NCBI GenBank assembly: GCA_035275845.1
Contig: DATEMD010000234.1
Coordinates: 1-55,724 of the forward strand
DNA length: 55,724 nt
Reading direction: 5' to 3'
DNA from: Stellaceae bacterium
Lineage (GTDB): Bacteria; Pseudomonadota; Alphaproteobacteria; ATCC43930; CGMCC-115725
Shown here: positions 38,386 to 47,765 of the stretch, piece by piece
Numbering within the stretch: the stretch's first letter is position 1
How the letters are laid out: each line of letters opens with the position of its first letter
The notes under the pieces: model-generated
What the model was told of the DNA's origin: nothing
Seen by the model: the letters and a program-made list of their open reading frames with translations, nothing else
Database searches by the model: none
Translations under genes and position numbers: made by a program

Positions 38386-39687
38386 ATGGCCAAGAAGAAT
38401 CGCGCGCCGATCATCGTCAAACCCGAGGATGTCGATCCGCACTATGACTGGAAGCGGCCGCTCATGGCCTTGGGGCCGAACGCGGTCGATTTCGAGGAGC
38501 GCATCGATTTTCGCCGCTTGCACCGCTATCGCCTCGGTCGTGCGCGCCAGGCGCTGGCGAAGTCGCGCCTCGGCTCGCTGCTGGTCTTCGACCAGTACAA
38601 CATCCGCTACATCACCTCGACGGTGATCGGCAATTGGGCGCGCGACAAGTTCACGCGTTACGCCCTGCTGCCGGGCGCCGGTGAACCGCATATTTGGGAT
38701 TTTGGCTCGGCGGCGAAGCATCACCGCCTCTATGCGCCTTGGCTCAAGCCGCACAACTGCCACGCCGGCATGCTGGGCTTGCGCGGCGCTGTCGCACCCA
38801 AGATCGGCCTGATGCGCAAGGCCGCCGAAGAGATCAAGTCGATCCTCGTTGAACATGGTGTGGCGAATGAACCCGTCGGCGTCGACGTGGTCGAGCCCGC
38901 GATGCTGTTCGAACTCCAGGCGGTCGGGCTAAAGACCGTCGACGGCCAGCAAGTGATGCTCGACGCGCGCGAGATCAAAAGCAACGACGAGATCACGCTC
39001 TTGAACATGTCGGCGGCGATCGTCGACGGCTGTTACCAGACCATCGCCGAGCATCTGAAGCCCGGCATCCGTGAGAACGAGATCGTGGGTCTCGCCAACA
39101 AGCGGCTTTACGAACTCGGTTCCGACGACGTCGAAGCGATCAACGCGATTTCGGGCGAACGCTGTTCGCCGCATCCGCACAATTTCACCGACCGGCTGAT
39201 CCGCCCAGGCGACCAGGCGTTCTTCGACATCATCCAATCGGTGCACGGCTATCGCACCTGTTACTACCGCACGTTCAATGTCGGCCGTGCGACGCCGGCG
39301 CAGCGCGACGCCTATAAGAAGGCGCGCGAATGGATCGACAAGGCGATCTCGCTGGTCAAGCCGGGCGTCACCACCGACAAGATTGCCAAGTGCTGGCCCA
39401 AGGCCACCGACATCGGCTTCGCGAGCGAGATGGAGGCCTTCGGTCTGCTGTTCGGCCACGGTCTCGGTCTCGGCCTGCATGAACGGCCGATCATCTCGCG
39501 GCTCAACTCGTTCGACGATCCGCAGGAGATCAAGGCTGGCATGGTCTTCGCGCTCGAGACCTATTGTCCGGCAGCCGATGGCTATTCCGCCGCGCGCATC
39601 GAGGAAGAGGTCGTCTGCACACCGACCGGCGCCAAGGTGATCACGCTTTATCCGGCGGACACGCTGCCGATCGCCAATCCGTACTAG
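38386..39687 (+). CDS. M24-family pita-bread hydrolase (creatinase/prolidase/DddP-like architecture)
   Basis: An N-terminal creatinase_N-like region (LLVFDQYNIRYITS) and a C-terminal region with GHGLGLGLHERP, FALETY and ARIEEEVV. The ATG at 38386 is chosen. Its TAG shares the CTAG tetranucleotide with the convergent OMP gene stop. Confidence 0.75.
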   Translation: MAKKNRAPIIVKPEDVDPHYDWKRPLMALGPNAVDFEERIDFRRLHRYRLGRARQALAKSRLGSLLVFDQYNIRYITSTVIGNWARDKFTRYALLPGAGEPHIWDFGSAAKHHRLYAPWLKPHNCHAGMLGLRGAVAPKIGLMRKAAEEIKSILVEHGVANEPVGVDVVEPAMLFELQAVGLKTVDGQQVMLDAREIKSNDEITLLNMSAAIVDGCYQTIAEHLKPGIRENEIVGLANKRLYELGSDDVEAINAISGERCSPHPHNFTDRLIRPGDQAFFDIIQSVHGYRTCYYRTFNVGRATPAQRDAYKKAREWIDKAISLVKPGVTTDKIAKCWPKATDIGFASEMEAFGLLFGHGLGLGLHERPIISRLNSFDDPQEIKAGMVFALETYCPAADGYSAARIEEEVVCTPTGAKVITLYPADTLPIANPY

Positions 39688-40451
39688 AACGATTTCTCGT
39701 ATTCGAAGCGCCAGCGGATGGTGCCGCGCTCCGTTGCGTTGTTGAGGCCGAAGAGATAGCCGGCCTCGTACTTGATCTTGCCGTATTGATAAAAATTCGC
39801 CGAGCCCACGATCACCGGTCCAGCGCGATGCGTCGGATCGGTCATCGTGAGGCGGTCGGCAATATTGTTGAAGTTGCCGTAATACTCGATGCCTGGCGCG
39901 AAGAACGGGCTAAGCTGAACGCGCGACTGCCACGCGACAGCAACCGGCGTCGCGTCATTGCGGTTGCGCCCAACCTGTTTCGAGACGAACAGGTTGAGCG
40001 TGTGTAGTGTCGTCAAGTTCGAGCCCAGCGTGTCGTTCCATTCGCGCTGCACCGTCGGCCCGAAAGAGAATTGGTCGGCGTTGGCGCGCGAGGCGGCATG
40101 CGAGTACTGCGCGAAGAATCCCGGTGTCAGCCAATATTCACCCGGTTCGGCGAGCTGGAAGGTGTTCTCGAACGTGAAGCCGCTGAACGCATTGTTGGCG
40201 CCTGGCGGCGCGTTGAACGGCGCTTCGAGCTCCGGCTCCCACCATGGAAACAAGCCATAGCCAAGCTCGAACGTGTAGCTCTGGTTGTTGTTCATGGCCG
40301 AGCGGCTGTCGAGACTGGTCGAGCCGTTGTGTTCGAATTCGAATTCACGATAGTCGACGGTCGGATAGCGGATTTCGAAATCGGCCCGCGCCGCGACGAT
40401 ACCGGCGACCAGCGTGGCCGCGAGGGCGAACGAAAATCCAATGCGTTGCAC
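39684..40451 (-). CDS. Putative outer-membrane beta-barrel protein
   Basis: Signal peptide MQRIGFSFALAATLVAGIVAARA, alternating amphipathic strands rich in Y/F/G/N, and the terminal ..RWRFEYEKSF with a C-terminal Phe. Confidence 0.65.
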   Translation of the reverse strand: MQRIGFSFALAATLVAGIVAARADFEIRYPTVDYREFEFEHNGSTSLDSRSAMNNNQSYTFELGYGLFPWWEPELEAPFNAPPGANNAFSGFTFENTFQLAEPGEYWLTPGFFAQYSHAASRANADQFSFGPTVQREWNDTLGSNLTTLHTLNLFVSKQVGRNRNDATPVAVAWQSRVQLSPFFAPGIEYYGNFNNIADRLTMTDPTHRAGPVIVGSANFYQYGKIKYEAGYLFGLNNATERGTIRWRFEYEKSF

Positions 40452-40475
40452 AGTGTCCCCCGCGGTGTCTGGCGG

Positions 40476-40808
40476 CTATTTCGCGACGATGGTGCCGCGC
40501 GCCTTCGGATTGAAATCGTCGAAGAACACGTAGCGTCCCGGCGCCAGCGGGCCGAGATAGATGATGACGGTGCCGTCGCCGACCACGACCTTTTCGCGGT
40601 TGAGGTCGTTGCTTTCGAATTCGGACGGCGCCTTGTCGAGGTTCTTCACCGTCAGGGTGAACTTGACGTTGGCCGGCACGTCGAGCTCGGTGACGTCGAA
40701 TTTCCGGTCCTTGATGGTGAGAGTGAAGGCGGAGTCGGCGGCGTGAGCGACCATGGGGGCCGTCAGCGTCGTCGAAAGGAGGAGGGCCAAAAGGCTTCGT
40801 TTCAGCAT
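40476..40808 (-). CDS. Secreted cupredoxin-fold-like small protein lacking Cys/His/Met ligands
   Basis: Signal peptide MLKRSLLALLLSTTLTAPMVAHA, then FTLTIKDRKFDVTELDVPANVKFTLTVKNLD..PSEFES......V..G....IYLGPL.PGRY.FF. The mature part has no Cys, His or Met. The ATG at 40808 is chosen. Confidence 0.6.
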   Translation of the reverse strand: MLKRSLLALLLSTTLTAPMVAHAADSAFTLTIKDRKFDVTELDVPANVKFTLTVKNLDKAPSEFESNDLNREKVVVGDGTVIIYLGPLAPGRYVFFDDFNPKARGTIVAK

Positions 40809-40831
40809 GTTTCCGACGCTAATGCGAATGA

Positions 40832-40845
40832 CTTGCAATTGCAAG
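40832..40845. promoter_or_regulatory. Perfect 14-bp palindrome CTTGCAATTGCAAG upstream of the cupredoxin-like/OMP gene pair
   Basis: Read directly from the sequence, 24-37 nt upstream of the ATG at 40808. It is a candidate operator for a dimeric regulator. Confidence 0.4.
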
Positions 40846-41009
40846 AGTTGTCTGCGGGCGGACTGTCGCACCGGGCGAGCCGTCGCCCACGGCGCGATCG
40901 CCGCGGTCGGGCGCATGGTCGGCATTCGGGGCCGCGGATTGCCTCGCCGGGATAAAAGGCTTAGAGGTCAACGCTCCATAAATCACGGACCGAAAACGCG
41001 AGGCGCGGC

Positions 41010-41945
41010 ATGGCGAGCGGTTCCAACGTTCACACGATCGGCTGGATCGGCACCGGTCGCATGGGATTTCCGATGGCCGAGCGGCTGGCGAAAAACGGTT
41101 GCAACGTCACCGCCGTCAACCGCACCCGCAGCAAGGCCGAGCCGCTGATCAAATCGGGTGCGAAACTCGCCGATCGGCCGGCCGATCTCGCCGCATGCGA
41201 CATCGTCTTTACGATGGTCTCGGCCTCTGACGATCTGAAGGCGGTGACCCTGGGCAAGGACGGCGTGCTTACCAACGGCGGCAAGGCGCCCAAGATTCTG
41301 GTCGATTGCTCGACCGTTTCAGAAGAAGCCTCGGCCGAAGTGCGCACCGCCGCACTCGAGCGCGGCACGCAGATGTTGGCGGCGCCGGTTTCGGGCAATG
41401 GCAAGGTGGTGAAGGCGGGCAAGCTCACTATTGTCGCCTCGGGTCCCAAGGCCGCCTACGACACGGCGCTGCCTTATCTCGAAATGATGGGGCGCGGCGC
41501 GTCTTATGTGGGCGAGGGCGAGCTCGCGCGCATCGTCAAGATCTGCCACAACGTTTTCCTCGGCGCCGTGATCCAGAACCTGGTCGAGGTCACCGTCCTG
41601 GCTGAGAAGTGCGGCGTCAAACGCCACGCGTTCCTCGATTTCATCAACAAGAGCGTGATGGGCTCGATTTTCAGCACCTACAAGACGCCGGCGCTGGTCA
41701 ACCTCGACATGACGCCGACCTTCACGCCTGTTTTGCTGCGCAAGGACCTCGATCTCGGACTGGCGGCAGCGCGCAAAGCTGACGTGCCGATGCCGGTGAC
41801 GGCGGCGACGCGCGAGCTGGTGCAGAATCTGATCGGTTTGGGATTCAAGGATCAGGATTTCGCGACGCTGCTGCTGCAGCAGGCGAAGAATTCCGGCCTC
41901 GACATCAAGCCCGAAAACGTCAAGGTCGGCGACGGACTCAGCTGA
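41010..41945 (+). CDS. NAD(P)-dependent oxidoreductase (3-hydroxyisobutyrate/6-phosphogluconate dehydrogenase-like)
   Basis: Rossmann motif IGWIGTGRMGFPMAERLAKNG, the SAPVSGG-like APVSGNG, and a HIBADH-type C-terminal helical domain. Confidence 0.85.
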   Translation: MASGSNVHTIGWIGTGRMGFPMAERLAKNGCNVTAVNRTRSKAEPLIKSGAKLADRPADLAACDIVFTMVSASDDLKAVTLGKDGVLTNGGKAPKILVDCSTVSEEASAEVRTAALERGTQMLAAPVSGNGKVVKAGKLTIVASGPKAAYDTALPYLEMMGRGASYVGEGELARIVKICHNVFLGAVIQNLVEVTVLAEKCGVKRHAFLDFINKSVMGSIFSTYKTPALVNLDMTPTFTPVLLRKDLDLGLAAARKADVPMPVTAATRELVQNLIGLGFKDQDFATLLLQQAKNSGLDIKPENVKVGDGLS

Positions 41946-41961
41946 GCCCGCAAAAAGTGAC

Positions 41962-41987
41962 GGCCCCCGACATGGGGGCCGTTTTTT
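41962..41987. terminator. Bidirectional rho-independent terminator
   Basis: GGCCCCC-gacat-GGGGGCC followed by GTTTTTT, and preceded by CAAAAAG. It sits between convergent genes ending at 41945 (+) and 42004 (-). Confidence 0.8.
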
Positions 41988-42003
41988 GCGCCCGCGTCGA
42001 TTT

Positions 42004-43185
42004 TTACAGCGCCGGCACGTCGGCCGGCAGCCCCAATGCGATCCGGCCGTAGAGCGTACCCGCCGCGTCCCAATTGACGACCACGTGCGCCGCGGCGGCA
42101 TGGACATCGCGCCAAGCGCGTTGCAACGGATGGGTCAGATAAATCGCATTGCCACCGGCGCCGGTGAACAGCAGGTCGACCGCCTTGACGCACATTCGGG
42201 TCGTGAAGGCGCCGTCGCGCCGCCAGCGCGCCCGCGCATCCGCCGGGAAATCGCCGGCCGCCTCGGCGAGCGCCGTCGCCTCGTCACAATCGGCCAGCAT
42301 CGTCTTCTCGGCGGCGTCAGTCAGGGCTGCGGCTTCAGCCAAGCGCAGCTGCAGCGTGGCGAGTTCGGCGACGCGCTTGCCGGTATAGGTGGCCGCGCGT
42401 GCGCGCATCGAGTCCGTGAATTCCGCGTTCGCGCCTTGGGCGATGCCCAGCGCCACGCTCGACAGGATGAACGGAAACACGCTGAAGGTCGGCAAGCGAT
42501 AGAGCGCGCCCGGATTGATCGCGCTGCCTGGGTTGGGGCCGCCGGCGATCGCGCCGACCGTGACGCTCCGATGGTCGGGTACGAAGGCGTCGGCGATCGC
42601 CACGTCCTTGCTGCCGGTGCCGGCAAGTCCGGCGGCGTGCCAGGTGTCGATGACGGTGTAGTCGTCGCGCGGCACGATAAAGATTCGCGATTCGGTGACC
42701 GCGCCGTTCTCCTCGACCAGCGCGCCGATCATGGTCCAGCGCGACGGGTCGATGCCGCTGGAAAATGGCCAGCGGCCCTTGAGCCGCCAGCCGCCGGCCA
42801 CGCGCGATGCCCGACCAGCGGGAAACGCAAACGCCGAGCCGATCAGCACATCGGGTCCGTCGCCATCCCAGATTTCGTCCTGCGCCTCCTGCGGCCACAT
42901 GCCGAGCATCCAATGGTGACTGGCGAGATTGGTCAGCACCCAGGCGGTCGAGCCGCAGGCGCGGGCGACGATGGCGCCGACATCGACCAGCGCGCGGTAG
43001 GGCGCTTCGCTGCCGCCGACGCGTCGTGGTTGCAGCATACGGAAGAGACCGGCGGCGTGCAGGTCGGCGATGGTGGCGTCGGGAATGCGGCGTAGCGTTT
43101 CGGTTTCGGCCGCACGCTCACGCAATCGCGGCAACAGCGCGGCGGCCCGGCGTTTCAATTCGGCCAGGTCAGGCGCCGGGCTCAC
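42004..43185 (-). CDS. Acyl-CoA-dehydrogenase-fold (group D) two-component flavin monooxygenase, oxygenase subunit
   Basis: AAETE..RRIPD.TI.DL..AGLFRMLQP...GG.E, STAWV, GGWRL.G.WPFSSG, and GL.GTGS.DV resemble HsaA/C2-HpaH/DszC-type enzymes. The GTG at 43185 overlaps the tetR stop (GTGA). Confidence 0.75.
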   Translation of the reverse strand: MSPAPDLAELKRRAAALLPRLRERAAETETLRRIPDATIADLHAAGLFRMLQPRRVGGSEAPYRALVDVGAIVARACGSTAWVLTNLASHHWMLGMWPQEAQDEIWDGDGPDVLIGSAFAFPAGRASRVAGGWRLKGRWPFSSGIDPSRWTMIGALVEENGAVTESRIFIVPRDDYTVIDTWHAAGLAGTGSKDVAIADAFVPDHRSVTVGAIAGGPNPGSAINPGALYRLPTFSVFPFILSSVALGIAQGANAEFTDSMRARAATYTGKRVAELATLQLRLAEAAALTDAAEKTMLADCDEATALAEAAGDFPADARARWRRDGAFTTRMCVKAVDLLFTGAGGNAIYLTHPLQRAWRDVHAAAAHVVVNWDAAGTLYGRIALGLPADVPAL

Positions 43186-43871
43186 GCCGGCTGCGCTCCG
43201 GTCAGCGCTGCCATCTCCTTGGGGATGCCTTCGAGGAACGTCACGACCATGGCTTCGATCATCGGATCGATATTTTCCGGCACCGGCAGACCATAGATCC
43301 AACGCCGAATGCCGATATAGAAAATCGCCGCGTGCAGCATCCAGACGAGTTCGGCCTCGGTCTCGCTCATTGGCACGCGGTCGAGCGGCGGCAGGCCGTT
43401 GGCGTCGCGCACTTCGCGCACCACCGCGACGAAGACATGCTCGCGCAGCATCTTGAAAAAGCGCGCATTGAGGTCGAGGCCGCCCTTCAAGCCGGCGAGG
43501 ATGAATAGCCGCACACGTTCGTAACCGACGGCGGTGCGGGCATATTCACGGTAGAAGTAGATCAGCCGCTCCTTGAGCGGCCGGCGTCGGTCGGCCAATG
43601 CGGCGAACCATTCCTCGCGCCACGGATCGACGAAGACCTCGCGATAGACGCGTTCGATCAGCGCGTGTTTGCTGGGGAAATAGCGGTAGAGCAGCGGCTG
43701 CGCGATGCCGAGCCGGCGCGCCAATTCCCGGGTCTGGCCTTCGAACCCCTGCTCGGCGAAGAAATGCACTGCCGCCTGGGCGATCAGTCGCTCGCGCTCG
43801 TCGGGCGCCAGCCGCCGCCGTCTGCCGCCTTGCGACCGCGCCTTCCCCCGTCGCGCCGGTTTGCGCGCCAT
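43182..43871 (-). CDS. TetR/AcrR family transcriptional regulator
   Basis: HTH in RERLIAQAAVHFFAEQGFEGQTRELARRLGIAQPLLYRYFPSK. Confidence 0.9.
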   Translation of the reverse strand: MARKPARRGKARSQGGRRRRLAPDERERLIAQAAVHFFAEQGFEGQTRELARRLGIAQPLLYRYFPSKHALIERVYREVFVDPWREEWFAALADRRRPLKERLIYFYREYARTAVGYERVRLFILAGLKGGLDLNARFFKMLREHVFVAVVREVRDANGLPPLDRVPMSETEAELVWMLHAAIFYIGIRRWIYGLPVPENIDPMIEAMVVTFLEGIPKEMAALTGAQPA

Positions 43872-43990
43872 TGCCTCCCCGCCTTGACGCCATCCGCCCG
43901 CATGATGCGAGGGCTTGGTTGACGGCGTCTTTTGTCACGACCATTCTTGAAGCAAGCCGGGCGAACAGGCAACCGGCGCGGGGAGGTTGG

Positions 43991-44830
43991 TTGAAAGCGC
44001 CGCCGTTCCGTTATGCCAGGCCGCGCACGCTCGATGCGGCGCTCAAGCTGCTGGCCGAAGGCGGTGGCGATGCGAGGCTGCTCGCCGGCGGCCAAAGCCT
44101 GGTGCCGGCGCTCAATATGCGGCTGCTGGAGCCGAAGCTGCTCATCGACATCAACGGGGTGGGCGAGCTGAGCGGTATCAGCGCGAGCCGCGACGGCATC
44201 CGCATCGGCGCGCTGACGCGCCAGGCCGCGCTCGGCGCCTCGGATATTGTCGCGCGCCACGCGCCGTTGCTGACGGCGGCCGTGCCCTTCATCGCCCACG
44301 AGGCGATCCGCAACCGCGGCACCTTCGGCGGCAGCTTGGTGCAGGCGGATCCGGCGGCGGAATTGCCGGCTTGCGTCGTTGCGCTCGATGCCCAGCTCGA
44401 AATCGCCGGCCCACGGGGGCATCGCCGCATCCCGGCGCGCGAATTCTTCCAGGGGGTCTACGAGACCACGCTGGCACACGACGAGATTCTGGTCGCCGCC
44501 GAGATTCCGGCGCAGCGCGGCGAAACCCTGTTTCTCGAGCTGGCGCGCCGCCACGGCGACTACGCCATGGTCGGCTTGGCCGGCTGGGCGGCGCTACAGC
44601 AAGGCCGGGTCGCCGAGGCACGGCTCGTGTTCTTCGGCACCGACATTCGCGCGATCGAAGCCAAGACGGCGTCGGCGGCGTTGGCGACGTCGGTCGAAGC
44701 GGCGATTGCGGCGCTCGATCGCGATTTGACGCCAGTTGCCGACTTCAATGCGAGCGCGGCGATGAAACGCCATCTGGCGGGCGCCTTGCTGCGCCGCGCC
44801 TGCGCCGCGGTGATGGCGTCGGCCGCATGA
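43991..44830 (+). CDS. Molybdenum hydroxylase FAD-binding (medium, CoxM-like) subunit
   Basis: The TTG at 43991 follows GGGAGG. Motifs: PPFRYARPRTLDAAL.LL, LLAGGQSL.P..N.RL, and IRNRGTFGGSL..ADPAAE. Confidence 0.85.
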   Translation: MKAPPFRYARPRTLDAALKLLAEGGGDARLLAGGQSLVPALNMRLLEPKLLIDINGVGELSGISASRDGIRIGALTRQAALGASDIVARHAPLLTAAVPFIAHEAIRNRGTFGGSLVQADPAAELPACVVALDAQLEIAGPRGHRRIPAREFFQGVYETTLAHDEILVAAEIPAQRGETLFLELARRHGDYAMVGLAGWAALQQGRVAEARLVFFGTDIRAIEAKTASAALATSVEAAIAALDRDLTPVADFNASAAMKRHLAGALLRRACAAVMASAA

Positions 44831-45309
44831 GCGAAACAGTCGCGATCCGCCTGATGGTCAACGGCGCAACGGTTGAACGCGACGTACAACCGCGTCTCAA
44901 TCTGGTCGATTTCCTGCGCGATGAGCTTGGCCTGACCGGCACCCATTGGTCGTGCGAGCACGGCGCGTGCGGCGCCTGCACGGTCCGTGTCGACGGCGAG
45001 ATCGTCCGCGGCTGCCTGATCTTCGCCGTTCAACTCGACGGCGCTACCGTGGACACGATCGAAGGCCTGACGGATTCCGGCGCGCTCGTCGAACTGCAAG
45101 CGGCGTTCCATGCGCGTAATGCGGTGCAGTGCGGTTTTTGCACTGCCGCCATGTTGCTGACGGCAGATGCACTGCTGCAACGCGACCCCGACCCAAGTCG
45201 CGAAACGATCCGCGGCGCGCTATCGGCGAATTACTGCCGGTGCACCGGCTATCACGCGATTGTCGACGCTGTCGCCGACGCCGCCCGCGAGCGCGCCAAG
45301 CGGCCATGA
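44827..45309 (+). CDS. Molybdenum hydroxylase [2Fe-2S] (small, CoxS-like) subunit
   Basis: CEHGACGACTV and QCGFCT.....A..LL, with C.CTGY. It has an ATGA overlap with the FAD subunit gene. Confidence 0.92.
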   Translation: MSETVAIRLMVNGATVERDVQPRLNLVDFLRDELGLTGTHWSCEHGACGACTVRVDGEIVRGCLIFAVQLDGATVDTIEGLTDSGALVELQAAFHARNAVQCGFCTAAMLLTADALLQRDPDPSRETIRGALSANYCRCTGYHAIVDAVADAARERAKRP

Positions 45310-47681
45310 CCGGGCCGCTTTCGTCCCTCGACCGGCCTGTCAGCTACATCGGCAAAAGTGTACCGCGGCCCAACGCGAAACGGCTGCTCGCGGGACGCGG
45401 CCGTTATGTCGACGATGTGCGCTTGCCGCGGCTCGTCCATGCCGCTTTCCTGCGCTGCCCGCACGCGCACGCCCGGCTCGCGTCGCTCGATGTCGGCGCC
45501 GCAGCACGGGCGCCCGGTGTCATTCGCGTGGTGACGGCCAAGGACCTCGCCGGCCGCTACACGCCGTGGGTCGGTACGCTGACGCACTTCAAAGGCATGA
45601 AATCGGCGCCGCAACATCCGTTGGTTGCCGAGCGCGCAACGTGGCAAGGCGAGCCGGTCGTCGCGGTGATCGCCGAAAGCCGCGCGCTCGCCGAGGACGC
45701 GATGGGGCTCATCGACATCGTCTGGAAGGAGCTGCCGCCGCTCACCGACATGCAGGCGGCGCTCGAACCGGGTGCCGCACCGCTGCACGCCGAGCTTGGC
45801 GACAATCTGTGCTTCGCCCGCACCATCGATGCCGGCGCGGTCGACGCGGCCTTCGCCGCCGCCGATTGTGTGGTCGAGGAGTCCTACAGCTTCGCTCGCC
45901 ATACCGGCGTTTGTCTCGAGCCGCGCTCGATCCTCGCCGATTTCGATCCCGCCGCCGCCAGCTTGACCGTGCATTATTCGAGCCAGGCGCCGCATATGAT
46001 GAAGGAGATCTTCGCGCGTCATTTCCGCCTGCCGGAAAGCGCAGTGCGGGTCATCTGCAACGATGTCGGCGGCTCCTACGGCGTCAAGATCCACGTCTAT
46101 CCTGACGAGATGGCCACGGTGGCGATCGCGCTGCTGCTCGGCCGTCCGGTCAAGTTCATCGCCGATCGCCTCGAATCTTTCGTCTCCGACATTCACGCCC
46201 GCGAACACCGGATCAAAGCACGCATGGCCCTGGCCAAGGACGGCACCATTGCGGCGCTGACGATCGACGACGTCACCGGCATCGGCCCCTATTCCACATA
46301 TCCGCGCACCAGCGTTGTCGAGGGCAATCAGGTGGTCGGTCTGACGGGGGCCTGTTACCGCTGCCGCAACTATCGTGCGCAGCTGCGCGTCGCCTTCCAG
46401 ACCAAGCCGCCGACGACGCAATACCGCGCCGTCGGCCATCCGATTGCGACCGCGGTGACCGAAGCGCTGGTCGACCGCGCGGCCGGCGCGCTCGGTCTCG
46501 ATCCCGTCGAATTGCGCCGCCGCAACCTCATCCCGGACGACGCCTATCCTTGGACGACGGCGTCCGGCCTCAAATTCGAGAAGCTGTCGCAACAGGCGTC
46601 GTTGGCAAAGCTGCTCAAGCTGATGGATTACGACGGGTTGCGCCGTGAGCAAGCCACATTACGGCAGCGCGGCATTCATCGCGGTATCGGCATCGCCTGC
46701 TTTGTCGAGCTCACCAATCCCGGTCCGGCCTTCTACGGCGTCGGCGGCGCACCGATTTCATCGCAGGACGGCTGCACCATTCGCCTCGATCCGGGCGGCA
46801 GCGTGACCTGCGCGACTGGCGTCACCGAGCAGGGCCAAGGCACCGAGACCATGGTGGCGCAGATCGTCGCGTCGACGCTGGGCTTAGCGCTCGATCAGGT
46901 GCGTGTCGTCACCGGCGATACCGAGCGCACGCCTTATGGCGGGGGCACCTGGGCGTCGCGCGGTTGCGGCATTGGTGGCGAAGCGGCGCTGCGAGGCGCG
47001 CTCGCGCTCAAGGCGAATATTCTCGCGCTCGCCGGCGCGATGCTGCAAGCCGATCCCGCCGCACTCGATCTCGTCGGCGGTTGGGTCGTCGATCGTGACA
47101 GTGGCAATCGCCGCGTCGGTCTCGACGAGGTCGGCCGCGCCGGCTATTTCCGCGGCGATACGCTGCCGCCCGGCGTCCAGCCCGAGCTGGTGGCGACGCG
47201 CCACTACATGCCACGGCAATATCCCTTCGCCTTCACCAACGGCGTGCAAGCCTCCTACCTCGAGCTCGACGTCGAGACCGGCTTCGTCCGGTTGCTCAAG
47301 CATTGGGTGGTCGAGGATTGCGGCCGGGTGGTGAATCCGTTGCTGGTCGAGGAGCAGATTCGCGGCGGCGTCGTGCAGGGAATCGGCGGCGCGCTGTTTG
47401 AAGAGTGTATCTATGATGATCGCGGTCAGCTGCTGAACGGCACGCTGGCGGATTATCTGGTGCCGATGGCTGGCGAGATGCCCGATATCGTGGTCGAACA
47501 CATCGAGACGCCAACCGCCGAATCCACGCTCGGCGCCAAGGGTGCGGGCGAAGCCGGCACCGGCGGCGCGCCGGCGGCGGTGATGAACGCGGTGAACGAT
47601 GCCTTGACGGCGTTCGGGGTGCGGGTCACCGCCCAGCCACTCTCGCCGCGGCGCGTGCTCGCGGCGTTGGGAAAGGCCTGA
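45306..47681 (+). CDS. Molybdenum hydroxylase molybdopterin-binding (large, CoxL-like) subunit, not CO dehydrogenase type
   Basis: GRGRYVDD, the GGSYGVK (GGGFGxK-like) motif, a TQYRAVGHP active-site loop, and the C-terminal GAGEAG. It has an ATGA overlap with the small-subunit gene. Length is 791 aa. Confidence 0.9.
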   Translation: MTGPLSSLDRPVSYIGKSVPRPNAKRLLAGRGRYVDDVRLPRLVHAAFLRCPHAHARLASLDVGAAARAPGVIRVVTAKDLAGRYTPWVGTLTHFKGMKSAPQHPLVAERATWQGEPVVAVIAESRALAEDAMGLIDIVWKELPPLTDMQAALEPGAAPLHAELGDNLCFARTIDAGAVDAAFAAADCVVEESYSFARHTGVCLEPRSILADFDPAAASLTVHYSSQAPHMMKEIFARHFRLPESAVRVICNDVGGSYGVKIHVYPDEMATVAIALLLGRPVKFIADRLESFVSDIHAREHRIKARMALAKDGTIAALTIDDVTGIGPYSTYPRTSVVEGNQVVGLTGACYRCRNYRAQLRVAFQTKPPTTQYRAVGHPIATAVTEALVDRAAGALGLDPVELRRRNLIPDDAYPWTTASGLKFEKLSQQASLAKLLKLMDYDGLRREQATLRQRGIHRGIGIACFVELTNPGPAFYGVGGAPISSQDGCTIRLDPGGSVTCATGVTEQGQGTETMVAQIVASTLGLALDQVRVVTGDTERTPYGGGTWASRGCGIGGEAALRGALALKANILALAGAMLQADPAALDLVGGWVVDRDSGNRRVGLDEVGRAGYFRGDTLPPGVQPELVATRHYMPRQYPFAFTNGVQASYLELDVETGFVRLLKHWVVEDCGRVVNPLLVEEQIRGGVVQGIGGALFEECIYDDRGQLLNGTLADYLVPMAGEMPDIVVEHIETPTAESTLGAKGAGEAGTGGAPAAVMNAVNDALTAFGVRVTAQPLSPRRVLAALGKA

Positions 47682-47765
47682 GTCCGGCCCAAATAGCCAC
47701 CCAAAACCGATTGACGAGACTATTGATCGTATGAACAATAGCGCCAAACCCATCCGGTCACCCGC

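Noticed and set aside
38386-39687. Specific call as DMSP lyase DddP or as creatinase
   Set aside because: The overall architecture resembles these M24 members, and one Asp metal ligand may be replaced. My recollection of reference sequences is not reliable enough, so I kept the call at family level.
43991-47681. Aerobic CO dehydrogenase (coxMSL) identity for the three-subunit enzyme
   Set aside because: The large subunit lacks both the form I (AYxCSFR) and form II (AYRGAGR) active-site loops; it has QYRAVGHP. No coxDEF-type accessory genes are present. I call it a generic Mo-hydroxylase.
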